From an uncultured delta proteobacterium (GTDB lineage: Bacteria; Myxococcota_A; Polyangia; Polyangiales; Houyiibacteriaceae), in NCBI GenBank assembly GCA_963699755.1, contig CAVOVB010000002.1:224001-288000 (forward strand): DNA of 64,000 nucleotides, written 5' to 3'. This document shows, one piece after another, positions 23,123 through 32,693 of the stretch; within the stretch, counting starts at the first letter, position 1; every line of letters starts with the position of its first letter. The notes beneath the pieces were generated by a model. The model was not told the DNA's origin, did no database searches, and was given only the letters and a program-made list of their open reading frames with translations. The translations under genes were made by a program, and so were the position numbers.

Positions 23123-23710
23123 TCAAATGACGAAGGTGATGCCAAGCGGGAACACGAACTGAACGCCGTAGCGACCTTGGCCCGAGGTCTCGCTGTAGAA
23201 TCGAACCGTCGGAATGCCGAAATCGACCCAGAGCTTCTTGCTCATCTTATAGTTGAACGTGAGCGCGTCGAGCTGCACACCGATCAGGAACCTGTAGGCG
23301 TAGCCGCCTCCCACCCCGATGCCGACACGCCATAGCCAGCTCCAGTCCTTTCGGTGGCGGATGGGCACGAGGGTCCCGTAGGACGCGAAGAACGTCGCTG
23401 TTCCGCGGAGGCGCCAATCGATCCGGTTTGTCGTCGGCGCTGCCTCGAAGCCGAGCAGGTGCCGATGATCATCCCCGAGCAGAAGCCCACCCCGTACTGC
23501 AAAGAGCAGACTCGTCTCGTAGTAGGCCCTGCGCCCCGAGTCGGACTCTCCGTTCACGCCAAAGCCAGCGCCTAGCAGCCCGCCCACGAACCCCAGAGGC
23601 TTGCTTGGCGACGCGGCTTCGTCCGACTGCGCCCACGCCTTGCCTGCGCAACAGAACAAGCTGAGAGCAAGCAACACAGCATGAGCCATCTTCATCCTCC
23701 ACCTGGCCAT
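23123..23710 (-). CDS. Hypothetical exported protein, possible small outer-membrane beta-barrel
   Basis: Signal-peptide-like ...LLALSLFCCAGKAWA/Q; Gly/aromatic amphipathic strands; C-terminal VQFVFPLGITFVI. Confidence 0.55.
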   Translation of the reverse strand: MARWRMKMAHAVLLALSLFCCAGKAWAQSDEAASPSKPLGFVGGLLGAGFGVNGESDSGRRAYYETSLLFAVRGGLLLGDDHRHLLGFEAAPTTNRIDWRLRGTATFFASYGTLVPIRHRKDWSWLWRVGIGVGGGYAYRFLIGVQLDALTFNYKMSKKLWVDFGIPTVRFYSETSGQGRYGVQFVFPLGITFVI

Positions 23711-23744
23711 GCCGGAAAGCATAGTGGAAAAAGGCTGTGCCTTC

Positions 23745-25844
23745 TTACTTCCTCAGGAGGAAGGCTTGGAACGGATAGCGGGTGAAGTCTTCGGGGACGA
23801 GCTGCTTCGTGGCGTCTTCGACCCGGAAGCGCTGGTAGATGGATTCATCGAGCTCGAAGCCTCGGGCGTGAGTCGTGAAGAGCAGCTCTCCCTTCTTGTC
23901 CATGGAGGTCATCGCATTGTCGATTAGGCCCCGATGGTCTTTGTGAATGTTGAAGTCGCCCTTGCTCATCTTGGAGCGTGAGAACGTGGGCGGGTTGATG
24001 AAGATCCAGTCGTAGCTGTTCCGGTCCCTCGCGATCCAACGGGTGGCGTCGTCGCGGATGAATCGATGTTTCGCGGGGTCCAGGCCGTTGGCTTCGAAGT
24101 TCTTCTTGCCCCAGTCCAGATAGGTGTTCGACAGATCGACGCTACTGGTCTGCTTGGCTCCGCCGACTGCTGCCGCCACGCTTACCGAGCAGGTGTACGC
24201 GAAGAGGTTGAGCATCCGCTTACCCTTGCAGTGCTCTTGCGCGTATGCCCGGACCGCCCGATGATCCAAAAATAGGCCGGTGTCGATTCGGTCTTCCACG
24301 TTGACCACGAAGCGAAGGTTGCCTTCGCTCACGATCATGTCGCTTTCCTGCTGGGAGATGCGGGCGTACTGATCGCCCTCCTCGTGCTTGCGACGGACCT
24401 TCACCACCAGGTCGCCGGGATCGATTCCAAGAGCCTCGGGAAGTGTCAGCAAGACGTCCTGAATCCGCTGCTTCGCACGGTCGTCGTCGGCGTCCCGTTC
24501 TTTTTGGAAGATGTGAACCACTGCTTTCGGTCCATAGCGATCGACTGCGACGTGATACTCGGGGATGTCGGCGTCGTAGATCCTATAGCATTCGATGCCG
24601 TTGCGCTTCGCCCATCGCCCCCATTTCTTCTTGTTCTTCTTGATCCGATTGACGAACATCGAGGCCTTCTCGCTCGGTTTTCGCCAGGCCGGAGCCCGGT
24701 CGGGATCGGCGCCGGTCACCCCGCGTATTGGAATCTCGACCAGACGGCATTCGATCGCGCCGTTATACAGAACGTGCCGACGAACTGGTCGAAGGCCGAG
24801 GTGCTTCAGATTGCCTCCGTGGGCGGCAAACACGAAGGCCGTCCAACCGTCGAAGGATCGCTTCAGCGTGTCGCCCAGCGACTGATAGAAGAGAAACAAT
24901 GTGCCCTCGTCCCCTAGTCGATGGCCGTACGGAGGATTGGATACGAGGATGCCGACGTCGGCCGGCTTTTCGATCGTGGAAAGCTCCTGGACTGCGAGCG
25001 ACACATGCTGCTCGACACCAGCGGCTTGCAGGTTCTCTCGAACCAGCGACAGGGCCTTCTCCGATGCGTCGCAGCCGTAGATCCTCGCCGGGCATTCAGC
25101 CCTCCGGGCCGCCAACGCCTCCTCCCGCTCAGCGGCAAAGGCAGCCGCATCGTGCCTGAGCCAGCTCTCGAAGCCGAAGCGCTCGCGTAAGAGACCCGGC
25201 GCACAATTCGTCGCCATCAGTGCGCCCTCGACCAAGAACGTGCCGGAACCACAAGTCGGATCCATCAGGGCCAAACCCCGTCGCGCGGCCTGGGGCCAGT
25301 TCGCAAGATATAGAATCGCGGCCGCCAGGTTTTCCTTGAGTGGTGCCCTGCCACCCGATTGCCGATAGCCGCGACGGTGCAAACCCTCTCCCGAAAAATC
25401 GAGCGACAGCTCGTGCTGAGCTTCCCCGATGTGCAGGTGTAGACGGATCGCAGGATCTCTCTTGTCGATGCTGGGGCGCGTGCCGGCGTGGTCACGAAAG
25501 CCGTCGACGATGGCATCCTTCGCGCGCTGCACCCAGTAGTGGGCGGGGCGCGAGCTCTTGAAGGCCTGAGAGCTTCCGATGGCAAATGTCTTCGAGCCAT
25601 CGAAGTGCTCCCACCAGGCGAGTCCACGGAGCGAGTCGTATAGCGCCGTGTCGTCCTCTGCATCCACCTGGACCAAGGGCAGCAGAACGCGCGAAGCGAC
25701 ACGAGACCAGAGGCAGAGCCGATAGCCTTCCCGAAGGGTGCCCCAGGCGTGCACCGCAGTCGGACGCAAATCGGCAACCTCCACATCCAGGTCGCGCACT
25801 TCCTGGGCCAGGACCTCCTCGCAACCCTTCGGGCAAGGAAGCAC
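23745..25844 (-). CDS. rlmKL: Bifunctional 23S rRNA m2G2445/m7G2069 methyltransferase
   Basis: LHRRGYR, APLKENLAAA, DPTCGSGT, SNPPYG, YRIYDADIPEY, DTGLFLDHR, LNLFAYT, PPTFSRSK. Start uncertain (GTG 25844, or non-canonical ATC 25871). Confidence 0.9.
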   Translation of the reverse strand: MLPCPKGCEEVLAQEVRDLDVEVADLRPTAVHAWGTLREGYRLCLWSRVASRVLLPLVQVDAEDDTALYDSLRGLAWWEHFDGSKTFAIGSSQAFKSSRPAHYWVQRAKDAIVDGFRDHAGTRPSIDKRDPAIRLHLHIGEAQHELSLDFSGEGLHRRGYRQSGGRAPLKENLAAAILYLANWPQAARRGLALMDPTCGSGTFLVEGALMATNCAPGLLRERFGFESWLRHDAAAFAAEREEALAARRAECPARIYGCDASEKALSLVRENLQAAGVEQHVSLAVQELSTIEKPADVGILVSNPPYGHRLGDEGTLFLFYQSLGDTLKRSFDGWTAFVFAAHGGNLKHLGLRPVRRHVLYNGAIECRLVEIPIRGVTGADPDRAPAWRKPSEKASMFVNRIKKNKKKWGRWAKRNGIECYRIYDADIPEYHVAVDRYGPKAVVHIFQKERDADDDRAKQRIQDVLLTLPEALGIDPGDLVVKVRRKHEEGDQYARISQQESDMIVSEGNLRFVVNVEDRIDTGLFLDHRAVRAYAQEHCKGKRMLNLFAYTCSVSVAAAVGGAKQTSSVDLSNTYLDWGKKNFEANGLDPAKHRFIRDDATRWIARDRNSYDWIFINPPTFSRSKMSKGDFNIHKDHRGLIDNAMTSMDKKGELLFTTHARGFELDESIYQRFRVEDATKQLVPEDFTRYPFQAFLLRK

Positions 25845-25881
25845 CCACCGATACCGCTGCGAAGTCTCGATAGGCCCTCGC

Positions 25882-26460
25882 CTACTCCGCCAAGAGGAGC
25901 TCGGCCGTCCTGTCGATGTCCTCGAGGAGCTGGGGCGCTTCGTGCAGGCCACCGGCCCAGCCCACGAAGGATGCAAACCAAACGTTCTGCAGAATTGACG
26001 CGATGGTACGCTCGCGGGCGTCGACGTCTCCACCCCATTCTCCTTGTTGAGACGCAGCCTGGCCGCGAATGGCGGCCATGACCATTGCAGTAATGAGGGC
26101 GTGGAAGCTGGCGACGCGCTCGGTGATGTTCGGATCACCGGAGGCCAGGGAGCGAACGAGGGCCTTCGCCAGATTTGGGCGGCGAAGAAGCCCCCTGGTG
26201 AGCGCCGAGAAAACGAAATGCACTCGCTCTCTAGGGCCGTCGCCCGGGACCGGCTGCTTGCCGATCTTGGCCACCAGCTTTTCGCTCTCTTGCTCGAGCG
26301 CGGCGATTAGGATTTCTTCTTTGCTGGAAAAGCGCTTGTACACCGTGCCGAGGGCAACTTGCGCGCTAGCCGCGACGTCGCGCAGCCGAACCGCCTGGTA
26401 GCCATCGCGCTCTGCAAGTGCGACTGCGGTTTCGACGATGCGCTTGGCTCGATCGTCCAT
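25882..26460 (-). CDS. kstR: TetR-family regulator, KstR-like
   Basis: HTH GYQAVRLRDVAASAQVALGTVYKRFSSK closely parallels mycobacterial KstR as recalled (GYEAVQMRAVADRADVAVGTLYRYFPSK); C-terminal IASILQNVW also resembles KstR. KstR boxes lie nearby. Confidence 0.8.
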   Translation of the reverse strand: MDDRAKRIVETAVALAERDGYQAVRLRDVAASAQVALGTVYKRFSSKEEILIAALEQESEKLVAKIGKQPVPGDGPRERVHFVFSALTRGLLRRPNLAKALVRSLASGDPNITERVASFHALITAMVMAAIRGQAASQQGEWGGDVDARERTIASILQNVWFASFVGWAGGLHEAPQLLEDIDRTAELLLAE

Positions 26461-26462
26461 CG

Positions 26463-27434
26463 CTAGTACCCGACCTCTGCCTGCGGCATGTAGAATTTCT
26501 GATACCAGCGCCGCAGGGCTCCCACGTCGCCATCACCATCGCAGAGAATCGGCCGCGTTCGGTACTTCTTATTCTCCCAGATCGCGATATCTTCCTTGAA
26601 CCCGACGATGATGTTCTCGCGGTAGCCTTCCTGAAACTGCTCCTTGCCCTCTTTGACGTTCGAGATGTCGATCATCGCGCCAATTCGCACGTGAACGCGG
26701 TTCTTGTCGACCGGAGTGTGGCACAAGAGCATGATGTTCGGCAGAACGCTCTGCATCTTGGTGAGCATGTAGCCAGGGCCGTAGTACGTGGACTGGAGCT
26801 CGAAGTGGTCTTCACCTCCGCCCCGCGGATAGGCCACGCCCTTCACTTTTTGAATGCCGATGTGCTCCTTGAACTCGTTGCCGAACTCGTTGGCCCAGGT
26901 GCCGTGCACTGGGCCGAAGTGCCCTTTGTCCGCGAGGTTCTCGACGATCTCTTTAGGGTGCGTCTTGATGTCGATCAGGGCCGAGCCCCAGTCGGTCCAA
27001 CCTTCGTTGCCGTACTCCGGAATGTCCGGGATCTCCCAGGTGGGCTCTTCGCCTTCGATGTGAGCGTTCCATGTGAAAATCAGACCGTTGTGCTCCTGCA
27101 CGGGGCGGTTCGTCACGCAGGCGCGCGGCGGTATCCGCTTGGCATAGGGCACGTCCACGCACTTGCCGGTTTCATCAAAGCGCCAGGCATGGAAAGGACA
27201 CTGGATCGACTCGCCGATGACCTTGCCGCCATGGCCGAGGTGTGCCCCGAGGTGCGGACAAAACGCGTCGTGCACGATCGCTCTGCCGCTTTGGCCCCGG
27301 TAAAGGACCATCTCCCGACCGAAGTACTTGATCGGGCGGACCTCGCCAAGCGCAAGCTCAGCAGATACACCTACGACGAACCAGCCACGCGGATAGCCAG
27401 GAAAGAGCTCCTCTTCTTCTTGCGCTGCTGACAT
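26463..27434 (-). CDS. kshA: Rieske non-heme iron oxygenase, 3-ketosteroid 9alpha-hydroxylase (KshA)-like
   Basis: Rieske CPHLGAH...CPFHAW; mononuclear Fe ENLADKGHFGPVH; C-terminal DIAIWENK...LCDGDG...LRRWYQKFY. Confidence 0.72.
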   Translation of the reverse strand: MSAAQEEEELFPGYPRGWFVVGVSAELALGEVRPIKYFGREMVLYRGQSGRAIVHDAFCPHLGAHLGHGGKVIGESIQCPFHAWRFDETGKCVDVPYAKRIPPRACVTNRPVQEHNGLIFTWNAHIEGEEPTWEIPDIPEYGNEGWTDWGSALIDIKTHPKEIVENLADKGHFGPVHGTWANEFGNEFKEHIGIQKVKGVAYPRGGGEDHFELQSTYYGPGYMLTKMQSVLPNIMLLCHTPVDKNRVHVRIGAMIDISNVKEGKEQFQEGYRENIIVGFKEDIAIWENKKYRTRPILCDGDGDVGALRRWYQKFYMPQAEVGY

Positions 27435-27471
27435 GTGATGCCTCTTGGGTTCAATGCTGGTTGATGCGAGC

Positions 27472-29076
27472 CTAGGCGCTCGCCTGCGCACGGGCGATCT
27501 CCTCGGCCCAGCTGTAGTCGGGCTTTCCGCTCGGCATGCGGGAAACCGTCTCGGTGATCGTGATCTGCCGCGGGACCTTGTAGCCGGCGATGTGCTTGCG
27601 GCAATGCTCCTGCACCTGCTCGAGAGAGAGCTGCTGATTCCCCCGCGTGTTGAACACCGCAGCGACCTTGGACCCGAAACGAGGATCTGGAACCGCCACG
27701 ACCAGGGCATCGATGACGTCCGGGTGTGCCTTGAGCGCTTCTTCCACTTCTTCGGGGAACACCTTCTCGCCACCGGTGTTGATGCACTTGCTGCCCCGGC
27801 CGAGGAAGGTAATCCTGCCGTCTTCTTCAATCGTCGCGAAGTCCCCAGGCACGACCCAGCGCTTACCTTTGAATTCCTTGAAGCGCTCGGCGGTCTTCTC
27901 GGCATCTTTGTAGTAGCCGAGGGGAAGGCGGCCTGAGCGGGCTACCATTCCGACCTGGCCGGAGCCTGGCTCGATCTGATCGCCGTTCTCGTCCAAGACG
28001 GTGACCTCGTCTCCCATGTAGAACGAGGGACGGTTCTCGTGGCTCTCCTCGTCGCCCGCGGCACGCCCGAGGTCGCCCGATTCACTCGTCCCAAAGCTGT
28101 TGATGATCATGACGTCGGGGAGCAGGGATTCGAGCTCCTCCTGAATGCTCGCAGAGAGAATCGCGCCAGCGGATGCGATCACCGCTAGATTCGACATGTC
28201 GTAGTCGCCGCTCTTGAGCTCCTCGATCAGCGGAATTGCCATCGCGTCGCCCACGAGCGAGAGCGTCGATACTTCCTCTTCGGCCACGAGTGACAAGATT
28301 CGCTTGGCGTCGAAGCTCGGGCCATTTTGAAGCACGAGCTTCCCACCTGTCATGTGGCAGATCCATTGGGTCCACTGCGCCGCCCCGTGAATGAAAGGAG
28401 CACAGGGAAGCATGGTCACCGTGTACCAGCCCTCTCTTGCCTGCTCGACCAGCTGCTCCGGTGATTCCACCGGATCGCCGCCTGGCGACCCGCCTTGAAG
28501 ACCTGTGAAGAACAAGTCCTCATGTCGCCACATCACGCCCTTGGGCATCCCGGTCGTCCCGCCGGTGTAGATGATGTAGAGGTCTTTGCCGGACCTCGGT
28601 CCGAAATCACGCTCCTCGGATCCTTGCGCAAGCGCCGCTTCGTACTCGATCGACTCCTGGTTCGCGAAACCCTTGGCGCCGTCTTCGATGACGAGGAGCG
28701 CCCTGAGTGGCTCGAGGCCTTCCATGGCCTCGTTGATGACAGGCAAGAAGCGCCGCTGCGTGATCACCCCCACCAGGTCCGCGTTTTCGATCATGTAGCG
28801 AACTTCGGGACCCACGAACCTGTAGTTCATGTTGATGCCAACGGCGCGAATCTTGAAAAGGGCGAGAATCGCTTCGACGAACTCGTGACCGTTGAAGAGG
28901 TGCAGCCCGACGTGGTCGCCGGGGCCGATGCCGCGGGATAGTAGGTAGTGCGCAAGGCGGTTGGCCCGCTTGTCGAGGTCTTTGTACGTGTGGTGGATGT
29001 CGCCCGAGGCCAGAGCGACATTGTCGGGAACGGCGTCCGCAATAGCCTCGTACAGATCTGCAAGATTGTATTCCAT
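27472..29076 (-). CDS. fadD19: Steroid side-chain acyl-CoA synthetase, FadD19-like
   Basis: YNLADLYEAIADAVPD, YTGGTTGMPKGVMWRHED, GRGSKCINTGGEKVFPEEVE, PSGKPDY. Confidence 0.78.
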   Translation of the reverse strand: MEYNLADLYEAIADAVPDNVALASGDIHHTYKDLDKRANRLAHYLLSRGIGPGDHVGLHLFNGHEFVEAILALFKIRAVGINMNYRFVGPEVRYMIENADLVGVITQRRFLPVINEAMEGLEPLRALLVIEDGAKGFANQESIEYEAALAQGSEERDFGPRSGKDLYIIYTGGTTGMPKGVMWRHEDLFFTGLQGGSPGGDPVESPEQLVEQAREGWYTVTMLPCAPFIHGAAQWTQWICHMTGGKLVLQNGPSFDAKRILSLVAEEEVSTLSLVGDAMAIPLIEELKSGDYDMSNLAVIASAGAILSASIQEELESLLPDVMIINSFGTSESGDLGRAAGDEESHENRPSFYMGDEVTVLDENGDQIEPGSGQVGMVARSGRLPLGYYKDAEKTAERFKEFKGKRWVVPGDFATIEEDGRITFLGRGSKCINTGGEKVFPEEVEEALKAHPDVIDALVVAVPDPRFGSKVAAVFNTRGNQQLSLEQVQEHCRKHIAGYKVPRQITITETVSRMPSGKPDYSWAEEIARAQASA

Positions 29077-29088
29077 CGTTTGTCCGGC

Positions 29089-30237
29089 TCAGCGTTCCGA
29101 GCTCACGATCCACATCGCGAAGAACTGCGAGCCGCCTCCGTAGGCGTGACCGAGGGCGACCTTCGCGCCGTCGACCTGATGTTTGTCGGCTGTCCCCCGC
29201 ACCTGGCGCGCGGCTTCGGCGAATCGGAGCATACCACTGGCACCAATCGGATTGGTGCACATGACGCCGCCAGACATGTTCCAAGGCATCTCGCCGTCGA
29301 TTCTCGTCTTGCCTTCCATGGTCATCCTCCAGCCTTCGCCTTCTTCGGCGAATCCGAGGTTTTCGAGCCACATCGGCTCGAACCAAGAGAAAGGAACGTA
29401 GACTTCGGCACAGTCGATCTCTTTGACTGGGTTGCGGATCCCGGCCTCATCGTAGACGTCTCTTGCGCAGAGCTTTCCGGCGGCCGGGTTCACCTGGTCA
29501 CGTCCCGCAAAGAACGTGCGCTCGGTTCGAACCGAGGTCCCCTTCACCCAGGCGGGGTTCTTCACTCGTCCGGCGTGCTTGTCGTTGACGAGGACCATCG
29601 CCACGGCGCCGTCCGAAGAAGGACAGGTCTCCGAGTAGCGAATCGGATCCCAGAGCATCGGCGATGCCTTGACCTGTTCGAGCGTCTGGTCGAGGTGCAG
29701 ATGCGCGTCAGGGTTGAGTAAGCCGTTCTGCCGATCCTTGACGGCGACCATGCAGCCCGTGTCTGGGTGCGCGTCGGAGCGACGGATATACGAACGAATG
29801 AGGGGGGCGAAGTAGCCGCCAGCGCCGGCAACTAGCTGCGGCTGAAAGGGAATCGCCGGTGAGAGCGCCCACATGGCGTTGGACTCGCTCTGCTTCTCAA
29901 ACGCAAGCGTGAGGACCTTTTCGTGTACGCCAGCCTGTACGAGGTGAGACGCCACGACGGCGGTCGACCCTCCCACCGAACCGGCGGTGTGCACGCGGAG
30001 CATCGGTTTCCCGGCAGCGCCCAACGCATCCGACAACCAAAGCTCCGGCATCATGACGCCTTCGAACATATCGGGCGCCGTACCGATGACGATGGAATCG
30101 ATGTCCTTCCAGGTCATGTCCGCGTCTGAGAGCGCGCGAAGGGCTGCGTCTCGCACCAGGCCTGGAATCGAAAGGTCGCGACGACTTTCGCGATGCTTGG
30201 TCTGGCCGATCCCGATGACCGCACATTGATCAGCCAT
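29089..30237 (-). CDS. ltp3: SCP-x-type thiolase-like aldolase Ltp3
   Basis: FEGVMMPEL, RVHTAGSVGGST, EKQSESNAMWALS, ETCPSSDGA, GHAYGGGSQFF. Confidence 0.87.
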   Translation of the reverse strand: MADQCAVIGIGQTKHRESRRDLSIPGLVRDAALRALSDADMTWKDIDSIVIGTAPDMFEGVMMPELWLSDALGAAGKPMLRVHTAGSVGGSTAVVASHLVQAGVHEKVLTLAFEKQSESNAMWALSPAIPFQPQLVAGAGGYFAPLIRSYIRRSDAHPDTGCMVAVKDRQNGLLNPDAHLHLDQTLEQVKASPMLWDPIRYSETCPSSDGAVAMVLVNDKHAGRVKNPAWVKGTSVRTERTFFAGRDQVNPAAGKLCARDVYDEAGIRNPVKEIDCAEVYVPFSWFEPMWLENLGFAEEGEGWRMTMEGKTRIDGEMPWNMSGGVMCTNPIGASGMLRFAEAARQVRGTADKHQVDGAKVALGHAYGGGSQFFAMWIVSSER

Positions 30238-31292
30238 TATTCCCCCTCCAAGACGGCAACGAGGTTGTGTTGGAGGCAGACACCGTTGGTGGTGTGTGCC
30301 AGTGCGCGGTCTGCATCTCCGGAGAGGATCCGGGCCGCCGCCTCACCGAAGCGAATCAGCCCCGCGGTCATCAGCGCGTTTGCGGCCAAGGCGCCACCGG
30401 AAGGATTGACGTTCACCTCGTCACCGATACCCATCGCCTCGCGCAAGATGATCTCCTGGTGGGCGAAAGGCGCATGGAGCTCTGCGAGGTCGACTTGGCC
30501 CTTCCCGAGACCCGCCTTTTCGGCTGCGAGCGTCGAAGACGGCGACCTCGTGAGGTCACGTTGGCCGAGGGCATGCGGCTCGGTCCGATGGTCGATCCCC
30601 CGAATCCAAGCCGGTCGCTTCACCAGCCTCTTTGCCGCATCCCCAGCGGCCAACACGATGGCTGCGGCCGAGTCGGAGAGCGGCGAGCAGAAACTCTTGC
30701 GCAAAGGGGAGCTGATGTACGGCTCTTCGAGCATTTCATCGACGCTGAAGTCGCCCTTGATCTGCGCGTTTGGGTTGTCCACCGCGCTCCTTCGATTGCG
30801 CGCGACGACCTCCGCAAAGTCTCGCTCCGTTGCCTTGCCTGCGTCGATCAGTGCCTGGGCCTGGAGCGCGGCAGCGCTGATCGAGTCGAGGCCGAGAGGC
30901 TGCACGTAGTAGGGATCATTCTGCAGATTCAGGATGTCGGGAACCGGGCCGAGCGAGCTCTTTCCAAAGGAGAACACGAGCGCGGTGTCGATGTCGCCGT
31001 GCAAGAGCCGGACCCAGGCTTCGTAGAGCGCGAAGGCGCCGTCCATTTCGACGTGTGACTCGCGAATCGGAGGGAAGGCCTTGAGGCCATCCACCGCTGC
31101 GACAAAGGAGAAGGGACGCCCCGGCAGATAGTCGGTGCTCCCCGAGCAAGTGAAGCCGATGTCGTCTTGCGTGAGACCAACCTGCCTCATCGCATCCGAG
31201 GTGACCGGTTGGACCAGCTCCGGCTCGTCCGCGGCGTCGATAACTTTCACCGACGGAAGCTGTGAGAAGGAAACGATCGCGACGTCGCGCAT
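30237..31292 (-). CDS. ltp4: Thiolase-like protein Ltp4
   Basis: CSGSTDYLPGRPFSF, PPIRESHVEMDGAFALYEAW, FGKSS; adjacent to ltp3. Confidence 0.87.
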   Translation of the reverse strand: MRDVAIVSFSQLPSVKVIDAADEPELVQPVTSDAMRQVGLTQDDIGFTCSGSTDYLPGRPFSFVAAVDGLKAFPPIRESHVEMDGAFALYEAWVRLLHGDIDTALVFSFGKSSLGPVPDILNLQNDPYYVQPLGLDSISAAALQAQALIDAGKATERDFAEVVARNRRSAVDNPNAQIKGDFSVDEMLEEPYISSPLRKSFCSPLSDSAAAIVLAAGDAAKRLVKRPAWIRGIDHRTEPHALGQRDLTRSPSSTLAAEKAGLGKGQVDLAELHAPFAHQEIILREAMGIGDEVNVNPSGGALAANALMTAGLIRFGEAAARILSGDADRALAHTTNGVCLQHNLVAVLEGE

Positions 31293-32200
31293 CAGAGATG
31301 CTCCTTGTAGCTATCGAAAGGCGCATCGGGCTCGCCGGTGGGTTCGAAGTAGAGGATGTTCTCGAGCGAAGTCTCCCATTCGTCTTGGGGCTTCCACTTC
31401 GCTTTCACGCGCATACCCATTCGGATATCGTCGTGCGGAACACCGCTGATCAGGTGGTAGATGGGGCTGTGGGCGCCATCGAGCACGATCGCGCCGAAGC
31501 AGTACGGCGGCGTGAGCTTCTGGCCCTCGAACGGAATGCGAATGATGGTGAAGGTCGTGAGCACCCCTCGATCGGGGACCTCGACGTACTCGTTGGTCGG
31601 GTTTCCGGTCATGGGATCGGCCCCGCGCGGTGGCACATACACCTTCCCTGCCTCGGGATCGCGCCCGCCGATGAGCTTGCCCTCCTGCAGGCCCCGCAAA
31701 TAGGCCGTGTAGTGTTTACCGGGATTCACGTCGTACTCGAGATGAACCGGGCTTGGCAGGTACGGGCTGATCGGCTCGAAGCAATCGATATCGCGAATCG
31801 TCCCATTCTTCTTGTCGGCCCAACGCAGACGCACCCGCATCCCAGTCTTCATTCGCTTGGCCTTCCCGGCGTCGACCACGTGCACCATGGCGTTGTCCGC
31901 GCCATCGATTCGAATGAGCGCCCAAGCGAATGGACGATCGAAGGGGTGCCCTTTGCGGGGTTCTGGCACCCAGGACCAAGACTTCACCGTGCCGGACGGT
32001 CGCAACTGGACGAATTCACCCGTCGTCGGCTGGCCCCCCTCGTCGTACTCGAGGGGCGGGCAAAGCACGCGACCATCGGCCGTCTTGACGCCTTCGAGCA
32101 CTTCGTACCGAAGACTTTCCAAGAAGCGACCGACTACGGGCCCGGTGCTTCGGGTGTACGTGTATTCGAGCGCGTATGGAGCCGACAGAATCTCGCTCAT
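31292..32200 (-). CDS. Tandem DUF35/OB-fold protein (Rv3521-like)
   Basis: Two repeats of the DUF35 module (YTRSTGPVVGRFL...PPLEYD; GKVYVPPRGADP...IRMGMRVKAKW); coupled to ltp4. Confidence 0.85.
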   Translation of the reverse strand: MSEILSAPYALEYTYTRSTGPVVGRFLESLRYEVLEGVKTADGRVLCPPLEYDEGGQPTTGEFVQLRPSGTVKSWSWVPEPRKGHPFDRPFAWALIRIDGADNAMVHVVDAGKAKRMKTGMRVRLRWADKKNGTIRDIDCFEPISPYLPSPVHLEYDVNPGKHYTAYLRGLQEGKLIGGRDPEAGKVYVPPRGADPMTGNPTNEYVEVPDRGVLTTFTIIRIPFEGQKLTPPYCFGAIVLDGAHSPIYHLISGVPHDDIRMGMRVKAKWKPQDEWETSLENILYFEPTGEPDAPFDSYKEHL

Positions 32201-32227
32201 GGGTGTATACCGCCTGGATCTGGGCTC

Positions 32228-32563
32228 TCAGCCCTGGGGAAAGAATTTCTGCATCTTCTGAGCGAGAGCGATATTGCCCTTCACCTTGAGCTTGCGCGTG
32301 AGGAACGCCTTGCGCCCGTCGAGGTCGCCATTGGCCATCTCGACGAACTTCGCAGCGTCCATCATCACGTTGAGAGTCGGCTTCTCGACACCACCGGTCT
32401 TGACGCCCTTGAACTCCCCGTCGGTGATTGTGATGGTCCACTCGCCGCCGCCGTCACCTGAAAGCGTATATTGAATCTGGGCGTTGACACCTTTGGCCTG
32501 CTCCGGCTCGAATCGATCGGCAAGGGTGTCGAAATACTCTGCTGTGTTGGCTACTTTGGCCAT
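32228..32563 (-). CDS. SCP2 sterol-binding domain protein
   Basis: IQYTLSGDGGGEWTI...AFLTRKLKVKGNIALAQK SCP2 signature; RBS GGAGG. Confidence 0.88.
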   Translation of the reverse strand: MAKVANTAEYFDTLADRFEPEQAKGVNAQIQYTLSGDGGGEWTITITDGEFKGVKTGGVEKPTLNVMMDAAKFVEMANGDLDGRKAFLTRKLKVKGNIALAQKMQKFFPQG

Positions 32564-32605
32564 GTTCACCTCCCGGTTCCGGGTCGAAAAAGGGTCCACT
32601 AGAAG

Positions 32606-32619
32606 TGAAACGTGTTCTA
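32606..32619. promoter_or_regulatory. KstR-type operator 2 (SCP2-DUF35-ltp4-ltp3-fadD19-kshA-kstR operon)
   Basis: TGAAACGTGTTCTA; overlaps the -10 of minus-strand TTGACG (32642-32637)-17-TAGAAC (32619-32614). Confidence 0.85.
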
Positions 32620-32693
32620 TTTTGCCGAAGGCGCCACGTCAAGCCGCCTCGTTCCCCGGGCCGAAGAAAAGCCTCGAAATGCTGCCGCGCCGG

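Noticed and set aside
25845..26138. N-terminal extension of the RlmKL ORF overlapping kstR
   Set aside because: Ser/Pro/Arg-rich shadow frame of kstR; RlmL similarity starts only near 25860.
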